This document shows positions 27,163-38,483 of a DNA stretch of 64,000 bases, in pieces (position 1 is the first letter of the stretch; every line of letters starts with the position of its first letter). The notes under the pieces were generated by a model. It was not told where the DNA came from and searched no databases. It was given only the letters and a program-made list of their open reading frames with translations. A program made the position numbers and the translations under genes. This DNA is from Octopus vulgaris (lineage: Eukaryota): NCBI GenBank assembly GCA_951406725.2, contig OX597820.1:4340001-4404000 (forward strand). Direction: 5' to 3'.

Positions 27163-27690
27163 CAGATAGAAAGACATAGAATGATAGATAGATAGATAGA
27201 GGGATAAAGGGAGGGAGATGGGAGAGAGGGAAAGGGTGAAAGAGAAATAGGTACGTAGAAAGAATAAGATAGATAGGTAGAGAGAACTAGACATATAGGT
27301 AGAAAGAGTGAGACAGATAGACAGAGAGAGTGATTGGTTGAGGAGAGAGATAGAGAGAGAGGAGGAGAGGGAGGGGGAGAGGGAGGGAGAGAGAGATAGA
27401 GGTAATTATTTATGCAAGTAAGTAGGTTGGTTGGGCGTTGGTTAGTTGATTGACAGGTAGATATGTAGGTTGGTAGATAAGAGGGTGGGTTTGTAAATGT
27501 GAGGTAGGTAGGGAGGGAGGGAGAGAGGGAGAGAGGAAGGCAGGTCAATAAGTAGTTCGTAGGTAAGTATGGAGGGAGGGAAGTAGTTAAGGAGGAATCT
27601 AGATACAGAGATATATAAACTAATGGTCTGGCCAGGAGAGAGAGAGAGAGAGAGAGAGGCGGGGGGGTCATCATCATCATCATCATCATC
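27020..27690. repeat. Compound simple repeats: (CA)n, (CT)n, (GATA)n, GA-rich, (CAT)n
   Basis: Direct reading. Confidence 0.9.
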
Positions 27691-27849
27691 GTCCTTTAAT
27701 GTCCTTGTTCCATGTTAACATGGGTTGAATGGTTTGATGGAAACTCTGCAGACCCAAGATTCGCATTGTGCTCCAGTGTCTGTTTGGCATAAAGGGAAGG
27801 AAGAACCAATAAAAGATTTGGCTGGTATTTCTAGCAGGTCAAGCTGATA

Positions 27850-28260
27850 CATCATCATCATCATCATCATCATCATCATTTAGCGTCCGCTTGCCATGCT
27901 AGCATGGGTTGGACGGTTCAACTGGGGTCTGTGAAGCCAGAAGGCTGCATCAGGCCCAGTCTGATCTGGCAGTGTTTCTACGGCTGGATGCCCTTCCTAA
28001 CGCCAACCACTCTGTGAGTGTAGTGGGTGCTTTTTACGTGCCACCGGCACGGAGGCCAGTCGGGGCGGCGCTGGCAACGGCCACGATCGGATGGTTCGCT
28101 TACTTGTCACCGGCACTGGTATCACAGCTGCAATTTCCATTGATGTTGATCGACTTCGATTTTGGTTCTGCTTTCTGATATCTGATTTGATTTTGATTTT
28201 GATTTTGATTTTCACTTGCCTCAATGGGTCTTCACAAGTGGAGTTTTGTGTCCCAAGAAG
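27850..28260 (-). mobile_element. RTE-family 3' end (tail, 60-bp repeat and the GATTTT-repeat segment that follows the ORF stop)
   Basis: (CAT)n-TTAGCGTCCGC...GGATGCCCTTCCTAACGCCAACC. TCTGCTTTCTGATATCTGATTTGATTTTGATT matches 824-858 in reverse complement. Confidence 0.8.
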
Positions 28261-28344
28261 GACACATTGTGTAGAATTGATGGAGTTCACCAGGACAGAC
28301 TGAAACCCCAATCACCCCCCACCCACACACACCACACACACACA

Positions 28345-28508
28345 CGACAGGCTTCTTTCAGTTTCCGTCTACCAAATCTCTTCACAAGGCTTTAGTTGAC
28401 TTGGGGCTATAGTAGAAGATACTTGCCTAAGGTGTCACACGGTGGGATTGAACCCAGAGACCGTATGTTTGGAAAGGAAGCTTCTTAACCACATAGTCAC
28501 ACCTGTGC
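28345..28508 (-). mobile_element. SINE family A 5' half
   Basis: GACAGGCTTCTTTCAGTTTCCGTCTACCAAATC...GGGATTGAACCCAG...ACCACATAGTCAC. Confidence 0.75.
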
Positions 28509-28821
28509 TTAATCAAATGGAAATTGTAGTTGACACCTGTGCCGGTAGAATGTTAAAAATACCATCCGAACATTTATTTTTCTTCTTAATTTTAGTTAAT
28601 TTTTGTTTATTTTCAGATCTGTTGTGTCTGAAAGTCATTTTCCTTTTGTGCCTTATAATTTAACACACTCACTGGTAAAATTTCCATTTAGTGTGTTAAA
28701 TTATAAAGCACAAAAAGAAAATTACTCTCCCCAGACACAACAGAATATGCTTCAACACACAAACTCACATAAAGAATCTTGCAAACCAAATCCAAAATCG
28801 AAATATTTTCAGATCATTAAA

Positions 28822-29928
28822 ATGGAATGTTAAGGAAAACGAACATTTTTGACACCTCCTTCTTTTTGCTTTTAATCAAGTTTCTAAGGCCACAAAAGTT
28901 GCTTGTGACATTTGTGCTGTGTATGGAGAGGGTGCCATAGCTGAAAGAACAACTCATGATTGGTATGCCAAGTTCAAAAATGGAAATTTTGACCTCAAAG
29001 ACACACCTCGTTCTGGCTGTCCAGTTGAGTTCGATGAAGAGCAATTAAGCCAACTTTTGCACGAAAAATTCTCATCAAACGACAAGGGAACTGGCAGAGA
29101 AAATGGAATGCTCCCACACTGCTATAGAGAAGCATCTTCACTCAATGGGAAAGGTTCAGAAGTATGGAGCATGGGTTCCGCATACTTTAAGTGACAACAA
29201 AAATCAACGAGCCACAATCTCCGCTGGTTTGCTTGCTCGTCACTGCTCAACTCTTGGACACAAGCAACGATTTCTTTACTGAATCATTACTGGTAACGAA
29301 AAATGGTGCCTGTACATCAAATATGAAGCAGCGTAAGGAATGGCTTAGTCCCGGTAAACAAGCGACACCGCACATGAAACAAGATCTTCATCCACGTGTG
29401 GTGGGACTGGGAAGGGATTTTCCATTACGAATTACTTGAACAGAACCAAACGGTCAACGCGGAACTCTATGTTCAACAGATGGAACGACTCAACATGGCT
29501 ATGCAAGAGAAAAGACCTAATCGGCAGCATGGAGTTCTTCTGCTGCACGACAACGCCCGCTGCCCTCATATCGCCAATATTACCAAAGAAGCTATTCAGA
29601 CGCATGGCTGGGAAGTGCTGCCACACCCGCCGTACTCTCCTGATTTGGCACCAACGGATTTCCACCTCTTTCGATCTCTTTCAAATGCTATGTGCAGAGT
29701 TTTGTTCAATACTGGATGCAGAATTGAGAGCTTGGTTGGATCAATTTTTTGAGTCGAAATCGGGTGATTTCTACCAACGAGATATTGAAAATCTTGTTGA
29801 ACGTTGGGAAGAAGTTGTAAACAACAAGGGTGAATACATTATTGATTAATTAGTCGTTATTTTTTATTAAAGCTTTAAAAAAATTTTAATTAAAAAAAAA
29901 ACGGCGGGAACTTAGTTGCTAACCTAAT
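28822..29928 (+). mobile_element. Mariner (DD34D-type) transposase pseudogene with a 3' TIR; 5' TIR not found
   Basis: Frameshifted peptides ICAVYGEGA...WYAKFKNGNFDLKDTPRSG, WVPHTL, LLHDNAR.PH, WEVLPHPPYSPDLAPTDFHLFRSL and LVERWEEVVNNKGEYIID*. Terminal GGCGGGAACTTAGTTGCTAACCTAA-TA. Confidence 0.92.
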
Positions 29929-30807
29929 ATATCTGTAGAACTAAATCTGTGACCTCTCAATGTGGAGAAGGGGCAGGGCAATCTGAAGGGACACCCTATT
30001 GAGAAATATTATCCAGGCATCCCTCTGAGCAGGAACCCCATTTCAGCTGCTTGTACTGTTTTGGTCGTTACCCATTATTCATGACCAGAGGTGAAGAGAG
30101 ACATAAAAAACTAAATTGAAGAATATAACAACTTTGGGTTTTTTTTTAACCAATCTCTCATCTTCTTAGAATTGAACTCTAGAACTGGCAAATTAATGTG
30201 CCAGCATCTGCATTTCTGGCATCTGAAATAAACTCAAAAGTGAGGTTGGTCATAATTGGAATGTCTGATCCTGGGTCTGTCCAGACAGCCTTGAAACAAT
30301 AACAACAACAACAGCAGCAACAACAACAGTTACATGTACCAAAAGAAATCTTGTGCCAAGTAGTATCCGGCTGGAATGGAACCAGGCTTCTTCCCAAATG
30401 GAATCTCATACATTTGTTTCATTTCTCTTCGATGTTTTGTGGAGATTCTGTGATTCAATGGATATAAAACGGTTTATTGACAAGATTAAATCTCGTAAAT
30501 GTTAACTCATTGAGGAGAATATGTGACATTATGTTCGGTCAACGTCTGTGAGTAAAGATTGTTGAAAAGGTCAAATGTAACAACAACAACATTAGAATGC
30601 AAGAAGGAAGTTGAAATTTATAAAAATTGTGTTTAGAATGAAAATAAATCTCTTTGTTAAAACGCTGTCAAGTCACATGACTGGAATGCAAACAAGTCAC
30701 ATGATTAAAACAAAAGGCAAATAGTCTTAAATATTTCCATTCACATGAAGGTTGCTTTTACAAGAGTATTAAATGAACCTCAGTATTTAACTGGTACTAT
30801 ATTTTAC

Positions 30808-31005
30808 TGAAGGTGACAAGCTGGCAGAATCATTCATACATCTGACAAAATGTTTTGCAGCATTTCTTCTGGTTCATCATGTTCTGAGTTCAAACCCCAC
30901 CAAAGCCAGTTTTGCTTTCCATCTCTTCGGGGTCGATAAAACAAAATACCAGTCAAATTCTGGGGTCATGTAATCAACTTGTCCCTTTCTCCTAAAACTG
31001 TTGAT
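30808..31005 (+). mobile_element. SINE-B, degenerate
   Basis: GCTGGCAGAATC...GTTCTGAGTTCAAACCC...TTCGGGGTCGATAAAA. Confidence 0.7.
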
Positions 31006-31044
31006 CTTTGATCCTGCAACAAACTGACATTCCATTCAAGGGAA

Positions 31045-31584
31045 TCATCATCATCGTTTAACGTCCATTCTCCATGCTGGCATGGGTTGGACGGTTCGAC
31101 CGGGGATCTGGGAAGCCAGAAGGTTGCGCCAGGCTCCAGTCTTTTCTGGCAATGTTTCTACAGCTGGATGCCCTTCCTAACGCCAACCTCTCTGTGAGTG
31201 TAGTGGGTGCTTTTTACGTGCCACCCGCACAAGTGCCAGGTGAGGCTGGCAACGGCCACGGTCGGATTGGTGCATTTTACGTGCCACCGACACAGAAGCC
31301 AGTCGAGGCGGCACTGGCTTCGGCCACGATTCGGATGGTGCTTTTTACATGCCACCGACATGGAAGCCAGTCGAGGCGGCGCTGGCATTGGCCACGATTC
31401 GGATAGTGCTTTTTACATACCACTAGTCCAGGGGTCCTGGCATCTGCCGGGTGCCAGTCATAGGATTGGTTCAATTTCGATTCCGATTCCGATTTCTATA
31501 TCATATGATATATATTATGTCTCTATATTATGTGATATATATTAAACATGTGTTTGTATATGTGATACATACTGTACATCACTG

Positions 31585-31634
<50 letters not shown>

Positions 31635-31815
31635 GTCATCGTTTAACGTCTACCTTCCATGCTGGCATGGGTGGGATGGTTTAAAAGGAGCTGGCCAGGC
31701 AGAAAAGCCTGCACCAGACTTCTATAACTATTTCGACAGGATTTTTACAACTGGATGCCCTTCTGAATGCCAACCACTTCACAGTGTGGACTGGGTGCTT
31801 CTAAGTGGCACCTGG
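31045..31815 (-). mobile_element. Two RTE-family 3' termini (31045-31495 with 3-4 60-bp repeats; 31585-31815 degenerate)
   Basis: (CAT)n tails followed by TTTAACGTC...CCATGCTGGCATGGGT. Confidence 0.8.
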
Positions 31816-31974
31816 TATAGGGGGTCTATACCTACAGCTGTTGAAAATGAATCAGTGGGTCTTAAGAGACAAACAAAAGCTTGCATAAAAGACCAAAAAT
31901 CTTTTGAAGGAATGGTACCGGTTGTGCTTTTTGAAAAGGTTGAGTAAATTAGTCAATATTTTTCAGCATTTTAC

Positions 31975-32550
31975 ACTTCCAATTTTAATATCAAAAGAAA
32001 CACAAGTATAATAATAATAATAATAACCAGAATCCTTGTTTGGTACTGGGTCAATCCCAAAATCTAATCAGCTTGTGCCAATCACGAGGCCAAACATTCC
32101 CGAAAGTTTTGGCCGAATCCATCCAGCGGTTCTTGAGAGATCTTGTCCACAGACAAACAAACATTTTTGGGTGAGAAACTAAAGGTATAACAGCACATCA
32201 GTAAGACAGACATCACTCTTGGCACCGACTGAAGAACCCATCCTGCTGCCTGTGGAACTCCAACTGGATTGGCATCAGATCTCACTTGGTTATCAGCAGA
32301 CAACAGATGTTCACAAGCACAGATCATTCTAAAAAGTTGTCTCAAAGAAAACAAGTAATTCTTACTTGCTAATTACTACACCACTTTGTCTTTCTTCCTG
32401 GTGCTCAGCTGAAGATCAAAATCTGAAAGGTTAGCCTCATAAGTGCAGGAATGAAATTTGCTTAAGGGGCGCTTAAGGCCCAAAATATTTTACAAATAAG
32501 GTCAATTCTTCCAATTTTAATATCAAAAGAAACACAAGTATAATAATAAT

Positions 32551-32584
<34 letters not shown>

Positions 32585-32899
32585 GTTTAGCGTCCGTTTT
32601 CCATGCTAGCATGGGTTGGACGGTTCAACTGGGGTCTGTGAAGCTGGAAGGCTTCATCAGGCCTAGTCAGATCTGGCAGTGTTTCTACGGCTGGATGCCC
32701 TTCCAATAATAATAACCAGAATCCTTGTTTGGTACTGGGTCAATCCCAAAATCTAATCAGCTTGTGCCGATCATGAGGCCAAACATTCCAGAAAGTTTTG
32801 GCCAAATCCATCCAGCAGTTCTTGAGAGATCTTGTCCACAGACAAACAAACAAACACAACTGAAAACAATACCTCCGCCTTCGTTAAGGCGGAGGTAAT
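31975..32899 (+). mobile_element. Locally duplicated Helentron/HINE (DINE-like) non-autonomous element; the second copy has the terminal hairpin and an RTE 3' end inserted in its (TAA)n
   Basis: 31977-32163 is repeated from 32509 and again at 32705-32852. (ACAA)n is followed by ACCTCCGCC-TTCGTTAA-GGCGGAGGT-AAT at ~32871-32899. An RTE tail insert lies at 32553-32704. Confidence 0.65.
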
Positions 32900-33792
32900 A
32901 ATTATTACAATATTTGTACATCAATCAAATCAGATAAATCCAATAATGGAAAAGTAATGTTTCAAATCAGTTCAAATATGTTTCTATACTTGTCCATTTT
33001 AGCGATGAAGTTTTTCAGAAGGATGCTCAAAGGGTTTCTATTGCCCCCACCAAAATTTGGTTCCTGAGTGTTTGGTTAGTTTGTACAGTCCACATCACAA
33101 CAGAACTCGGCAAACTATCAACCAAACTCTTCACTGGACTTTTAGTTAACATGTCCTACGTCTCTGCTAATAATATATTTTAATTCTTACTTACATAACT
33201 GTAATTTGATGGGGGCCCTGAGGGTGAATGGAAACCATATTGCATATTATAGGTGTCAGCCAGCTCAGCGAACCAAAATAGAAAGGTTTAAGATGTATTT
33301 AACCCAAAAGCCATCCTTGTTAGATATTAAATAATTAAATCACTCCATAATCAGATGATTTAAAAAAATCCTTTTTAAGATGTGGCATGTGAACTATTTA
33401 TTTCATACACCCTCCCTCACAACATGTCTTTTGTCTGTATCTGAGTGGAGAAGTTAAATGAATAAAAACATTTAAAATGACAAGGCAGCCTCTGAACCAA
33501 GCAAACTCAGGGCTGAGAAAAGTAGAAAGAAAACAATTTCACACAGGATCCCATTTGTAATATAACTTGTTTATCATGTGAGTGCAGTGTGGAGCAGAAA
33601 TGGCATTCATTGTGGAAAATTAACCTAAATCAAACAAAAGCTGATCTAAAGCCGTTGTTTGTCATATTCTAATCCTTTCATTTCAATACATGCTTCAACG
33701 GACTGCTTTCTGGACTTTTTGTTTTGTCTGATGAACAATTATTTTAAATTAAAGCTTTGTAAACTTATGTGGGCTTATTATATTATTTTACA

Positions 33793-33833
<41 letters not shown>

Positions 33834-33957
33834 GCACACACAGGGATACACAGACTTAAACACATGTACACCATCAGCCGTAGAAGTATTCGCCCACGTA
33901 TACCACCTTTGGTTGATCGTGTGTATAGTCCTTACGACCTTACATAGGCATGCTACA

Positions 33958-34210
33958 CAGTCATACAATTACACACATTCACTAGTCATACACCATCACA
34001 CACATTCACTACAGTCATACAACAGCTATATAGTCATACACCATCACACACACTCACTACAGTCATACAACAGCTATATAGTCATACACCATCACACACA
34101 CTCACTACAGTCATACAACAGCTATATAGTCATACACCATCATATACACTCACTACAGTCATACAACAGCTATATAGTCATACACCGTCATATACACTCA
34201 CTACACAGTT
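33958..34210. repeat. 48-bp minisatellite, about 5 copies
   Basis: AGTCATACACCATCACACACACTCACTACAGTCATACAACAGCTATAT repeated. Confidence 0.9.
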
Positions 34211-34644
34211 ACAGACACTCACTTCACACATACTTATACACACTTACCAGTACCATACATTCACAGTCCATTCCCAGCCATAGCGATTATGGGTTGACCT
34301 GATCTGATTATAAATATTTTCCAATAACTTATTTAATCTCCTCACTTCTAAATATTATCGGTGGCTATTCTCTAGCAACCTGTAGTCAGTGGTACTTATA
34401 GATACAGTACCTTTTGCTATGTACCCTTAGCATGAGTACCTGTTGTTAATAGTACTTATTGACCTAGGTACTTAGGTTTCTGATATCTCTGTTAGAGAAT
34501 CTTCTGGTATTGATTATTTCTAGTTAAATCATCCATTCTGTGATTACTCACAAAATTTGCAGCGTGAATATATTAAAGGATTGGATTTCTTTAATCCATC
34601 TAGCATGGATTAGACAGACATGAAAGAACACACACACACACATG

Positions 34645-34707
<63 letters not shown>

Positions 34708-34789
34708 GGTCCCGGGTTGATTCGGGGTTAACCACAGTAAGTAAGGTACTCAATACATAGCAGAGTAAAATTAATTTATTATATAGAAG

Positions 34790-34840
34790 GAGCTTCTACA
34801 GGACTAGTACTGTTTCATTCAAGAGAAATCTTCAGGAAGC
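34790..34840 (-). ncRNA. Minimal type-I hammerhead-ribozyme-like motif (inverted copy)
   Basis: Minus strand GCTTC-CTGAAGA-TTTCTCTTGAAT-GAAA-CAG-TACTAGTC-CT-GTA-GAAGCTC: conserved core, stem I GCUUC/GAAGC, stem III ACAG/CUGU, GUA triplet. Stem II is weak, with a U.U closing pair. Confidence 0.6.
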
Positions 34841-34975
34841 ATTTTTAAAGGTTGTCGAAGAAGAAAGATCTCCATCGAATTCTTTTGATGAACTCATCAG
34901 TCCGTCTAATGAGGGCTTTTTGGTACTGTTTCCTTGGTGGGATAGTAATGTTCTTCCTGAAGATTTCTCTTGAAT

Positions 34976-35027
34976 GAGCTTCCTGAAGATTTTCTTGAAT
35001 GAAACAGTACTAGTCCTGTAGAAGCTC
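34976..35027 (+). ncRNA. Minimal type-I hammerhead-ribozyme-like motif
   Basis: GAGCTTC (34976-82), CTGAAGA (34983-89), TTTTCTTGAAT, GAAA (35001-04), CAG-TACTAGTC-CT, GTA (35018-20), GAAGCTC (35021-27). Stem I is 7 bp and loop III contains the palindrome ACTAGT. Confidence 0.62.
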
Positions 35028-35037
35028 CTTCTATATA

Positions 35038-35113
<76 letters not shown>

Positions 35114-35116
<3 letters not shown>

Positions 35117-35515
35117 TATACACATACATATATGTACATATATATGTATATATACAAGCATATATACGTATATATACATGCATATATGGGTACAGGGCAT
35201 AAAAAAAACAATAACAAAATGAAAAACAAGAACATAAAAAAACAAAAACATGGAAGACAAACTTTTTTTCAAACAAGGAAAGAAACAAACAGAGAAATGA
35301 GGCAGGCAACATAAAGGACAATCCCTTCATCAGTTGTCCCCTGTTCTATCTACTCCAGTTGTCCCCTGTTTTATCTACTCCAGTTGTCCCCTGTTCTATT
35401 TACTCCAGTTGTCCCCTGTTTTATCTACTCCACGCTTTGCATCCTGTACCCATATATGCATGTATATATACTTATATATGTATGTATATATGTATATATC
35501 TATATATGCATATAT
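35114..35515. mobile_element. Short (TA)n-embedded element with inverted ends and a 25-bp tandem repeat (x4); relative at ~53790-54210
   Basis: TACATGCATATATGGGTACAGG (35175-35196) is inverted at ~35443-35465. CAGTTGTCCCCTGTT.TAT.TACTC occurs four times at 35331-35431. Confidence 0.55.
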
Positions 35516-35535
35516 ATATATTGTTGATTATTTTG

Positions 35536-35587
<52 letters not shown>

Positions 35588-35696
35588 TATTTATATTATC
35601 ATATGATCAAATGTCACGCATCCATTTCCAAGTAAGTTTTATCTTATATATATATATATTTATATATATATATAAATATATTTGTTATCGAGGCAT

Positions 35697-36338
35697 CATC
35701 CAGTCAGGCTGATTGCCCGGGACAGCCTGACTGCCTCTCTCCATCCCTCCCGATCTTCCATTAGTGCTTTTAGATCTTCAACTTGGCATCCAGCATCTTC
35801 TGCAAGCTGTTGTATATACATCCTCCGTGGTCTTCCAGCTGCTGTGGTACCATGATTTGGTGTCCACAGCAACATACTACTCACAAGTTCTTCTTTACTT
35901 CTCCAGCAAACCCCAATCTCTGCTCTCATTGATGAGAAAGTTGGGACATTCCCATATAACCATTCTTCTGTTGGCTGCTCCCTCCAAGAGACGTTGAGCA
36001 CTTCATGTCACATTCTGGTGTAGGCACCGTTCAGCATGCACCTGAGTTTCTTGGTGAGAGTCCAAGTCGGAGATCCATAGACAAGCACAGATTCAACAAC
36101 GGCTCTGAAGAACTGTCTCATCAATTTATCCGGTAGCGTTGACTTCCATATTGTCCTAAGACTGTCCAAAGCTGCCCAAGCCTTAGCAATGTGAGATTTA
36201 ATATCTTTCTCAGTGGACACAGTATTGCTGCCTCGGTAAGTAACCTCGTTGCTATATTTCAAGGGCTTCTGTTCGATGGCCCTGATTTCCCCTGTTGTGT
36301 TCAGGGAGATAAACTCTGTTTTCTTTTCATTCACCATG
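35697..36338 (-). mobile_element. RTE-clade LINE (second family, RTE-X-like) ORF 3' fragment, degenerate
   Basis: VNEKKTEF...TYRGS...IAKAWAALDSLRTIWKS...FFRAVVESVLVYGSPTWTL...LNVSW...LYG...GRPRRMYIQQLAEDAG...MEDREGWR. Confidence 0.85.
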
Positions 36339-36787
36339 GCTACCCGCATGGTTCTTGGTCTCAAGAATTTGTCTTATGAAGAAAGGCTGAAGATGCTGGA
36401 CCTTTATTCTCCAGAAAAACGACAACACCATGGTGATCTCATTCTTGCTCACAACATCATAAGCGGAAAGTGTAACCTCTTGAAAGAGCTGTTCTTCACT
36501 CCTGCTCCAGAGCGTCGGCTGCGGGGTCATTTCGAAAAGCTCTATCTGCGATGATTTCATCTCAATCGAAGGAGAGGGGTTTTCTCCATCCGGGTTGCGG
36601 ATCCGTGGAATAAGCTGCCGGACGAGATGGTGAAGATGCCAACTACCACTCGGTTCAAAGTCTCCCTTGACCTCAAGTGGCCTGAACTCTTTACATGAAC
36701 ACCACCCTGTACATAACTCCATGTCCCCCTACATGGCCTTGCTTTTTGCTTTTTGAGCTAAAAAATTAACTAACTAACTAACTAACA
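36339..36787 (+). mobile_element. CR1-clade LINE 3' end with (TAAC)n tail
   Basis: TRMVLGLKNLSYEERLKMLDLYS.EKR..GDLILAHNII...LRGHFEKL...FSIRVADPWNKLP; AACTAACTAACTAACTAAC at the 3' end. Confidence 0.88.
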
Positions 36788-37435
36788 TATAGTCCTATGT
36801 TAGCAGCAGCATTTATATGTATGTATGTGTGGAGATGGAGAGAGAGAGAAATATGGGTCCGTTAAATTCCATACAACATAAACTCACGATTAATTAAAAT
36901 TATCTCTGCCTTTAGAGGGAGTGTTGTAATTATCAAATGCCAATTAAGACCAACACTGCTCGAGAAAGAAAGCTAATCTCAAGACTCAAGAACTCTCCAG
37001 AGTTGAGATGCCATCAAGGAAAAGGACCAGCTTATCGTCTGGAGATAAGAGGACATTCGTGAACATGTTTCTACCTCAATAGCCATCATCAGCCCAACGC
37101 CTGTCCAACCCTCACTTCCAGCAGCCAAACGACTTACACCGACATGGAATGAGTAGAACCCATTATTTATGGCTTTGGTAATTTGCATAATTTAAGCAAA
37201 AATGAGCAAAGGGAAATAACTCAGAGTGGACAGTGACAAGTATCGGTACAATATGTGTGTGTGTGTGTGTAGTTTCACAAATGAGAGAAAGAGTGCTCAA
37301 TTCATGTTGTAGAGTAAATATATTTTTGTACAAAAGTCATGATTTGTTGTGTTTCTGCTTAAAGTTTCTTCTCTTGAAGTCGAGTTGAGAAACTGTGAAT
37401 GGCAATGCAATGACTCACCAGCTTCATACACACAT

Positions 37436-37892
37436 GCATCATCACCATCATCATCATCATCATCACCACCACCACAACAACCACCACCACCACCACCATT
37501 ACCACCACCACCACCACCACCACCACAACCACCACCACCATCACAACAACCACCATCACCATCATCATCACCACCACCACAACAACCACCATCACCATCA
37601 CCATCACCACCACCACCACCACCACCACCACCACCACCACCACAACAACCACCACCACCACCACCACCACCACCACCACCACAACAACAACCACCATCAC
37701 CATCACCACCACTACCACCACCACCACCACCACCACCACCACCACCACCACAACAACAACCACCACCATCACCATCACCACCACTACCACCACCACCACC
37801 ACCACCACAACCAACCACCACCACCACCACAACAACCACCACCACCACCACAACTACCAACAACCACCACCACCACCACCATCATCATCACA
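37436..37892. repeat. Compound (CAC/CAT/CAA)n microsatellite
   Basis: Direct reading; source of the poly-P, poly-H, poly-G and poly-V ORFs. Confidence 0.95.
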
Positions 37893-38435
37893 TCAACATT
37901 GTACCTCCCGTTGGGTTGCAGAGAACTTGCAGCACTTAGAGGCACGCAGAAGATGTAAGACAGATGGGAGAAATCTCGGGCTGAGTGCCTCCCACCATGT
38001 GGCCCGTGGCCCGTGTCCCCTGTTAAAGTGTCGCAACATCAGTCGAGGTCTTTTTTGATTCCTGGTGAGTGGAATTTCTTGGAGCCGCAAATGGTGGACC
38101 TCTCATTAACGACAGTCAAGGTGCCACACATCTCCATGTGTACAGAAGAGGCTGTATAAGGCAGGAGCAGTTGTGATTGTCTGATTCCCTGTAAAGATGT
38201 GTCCCCTCTAGGGATGTGTCCCTTCCAGGGATGTGTTCCCTATAGGGACGTGTTGCCTTTCTGAGGTTCCCTATGGTTGAAGCCATTGTCTCCATCATTT
38301 ACCAGGGGACAGACACAATATCCTCAGGAATTTTTCTCTTCTGTTTTTCTTTCTTTCTCTCTTTATTTCTTTTCTTTTTTTTATCTCTTTATTTCTTTAT
38401 CGATTTATTTATTTTACTTGTGTGTTTGTTTTCAG

Positions 38436-38483
38436 GGTTACTCGCTGGGTCATCGTCAAGCTTGCATGGATCACCTGTCACAG
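38436..38483 (+). other. Candidate 48-nt symmetric exon of an unidentified host gene
   Basis: A ~100-nt pyrimidine/T-rich tract ends in TTTTCAG at 38435. The frame (G)LLAGSSSSLHGSPVT(G) is open and followed by a weak donor CAG|GTACAC. No homology recognised. Confidence 0.25.

Noticed and set aside
32165-32354. Possible minus-strand exon (MICACEHLLSADNQ...)
   Set aside because: No recognisable homology, an ambiguous donor, and it lies between duplicated transposon pieces.
34862-34902. Additional hammerhead from minus-strand CTGATGAGTTC...GAATTCGATGG
   Set aside because: No GAAA or stem III/NUH follows the putative stem II.
37297-37958. Poly-Pro, poly-Gly and poly-His structural protein ORFs
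   Set aside because: A compound CAC/CAT/CAA microsatellite open in several frames on both strands, with no signal peptide or splice support.
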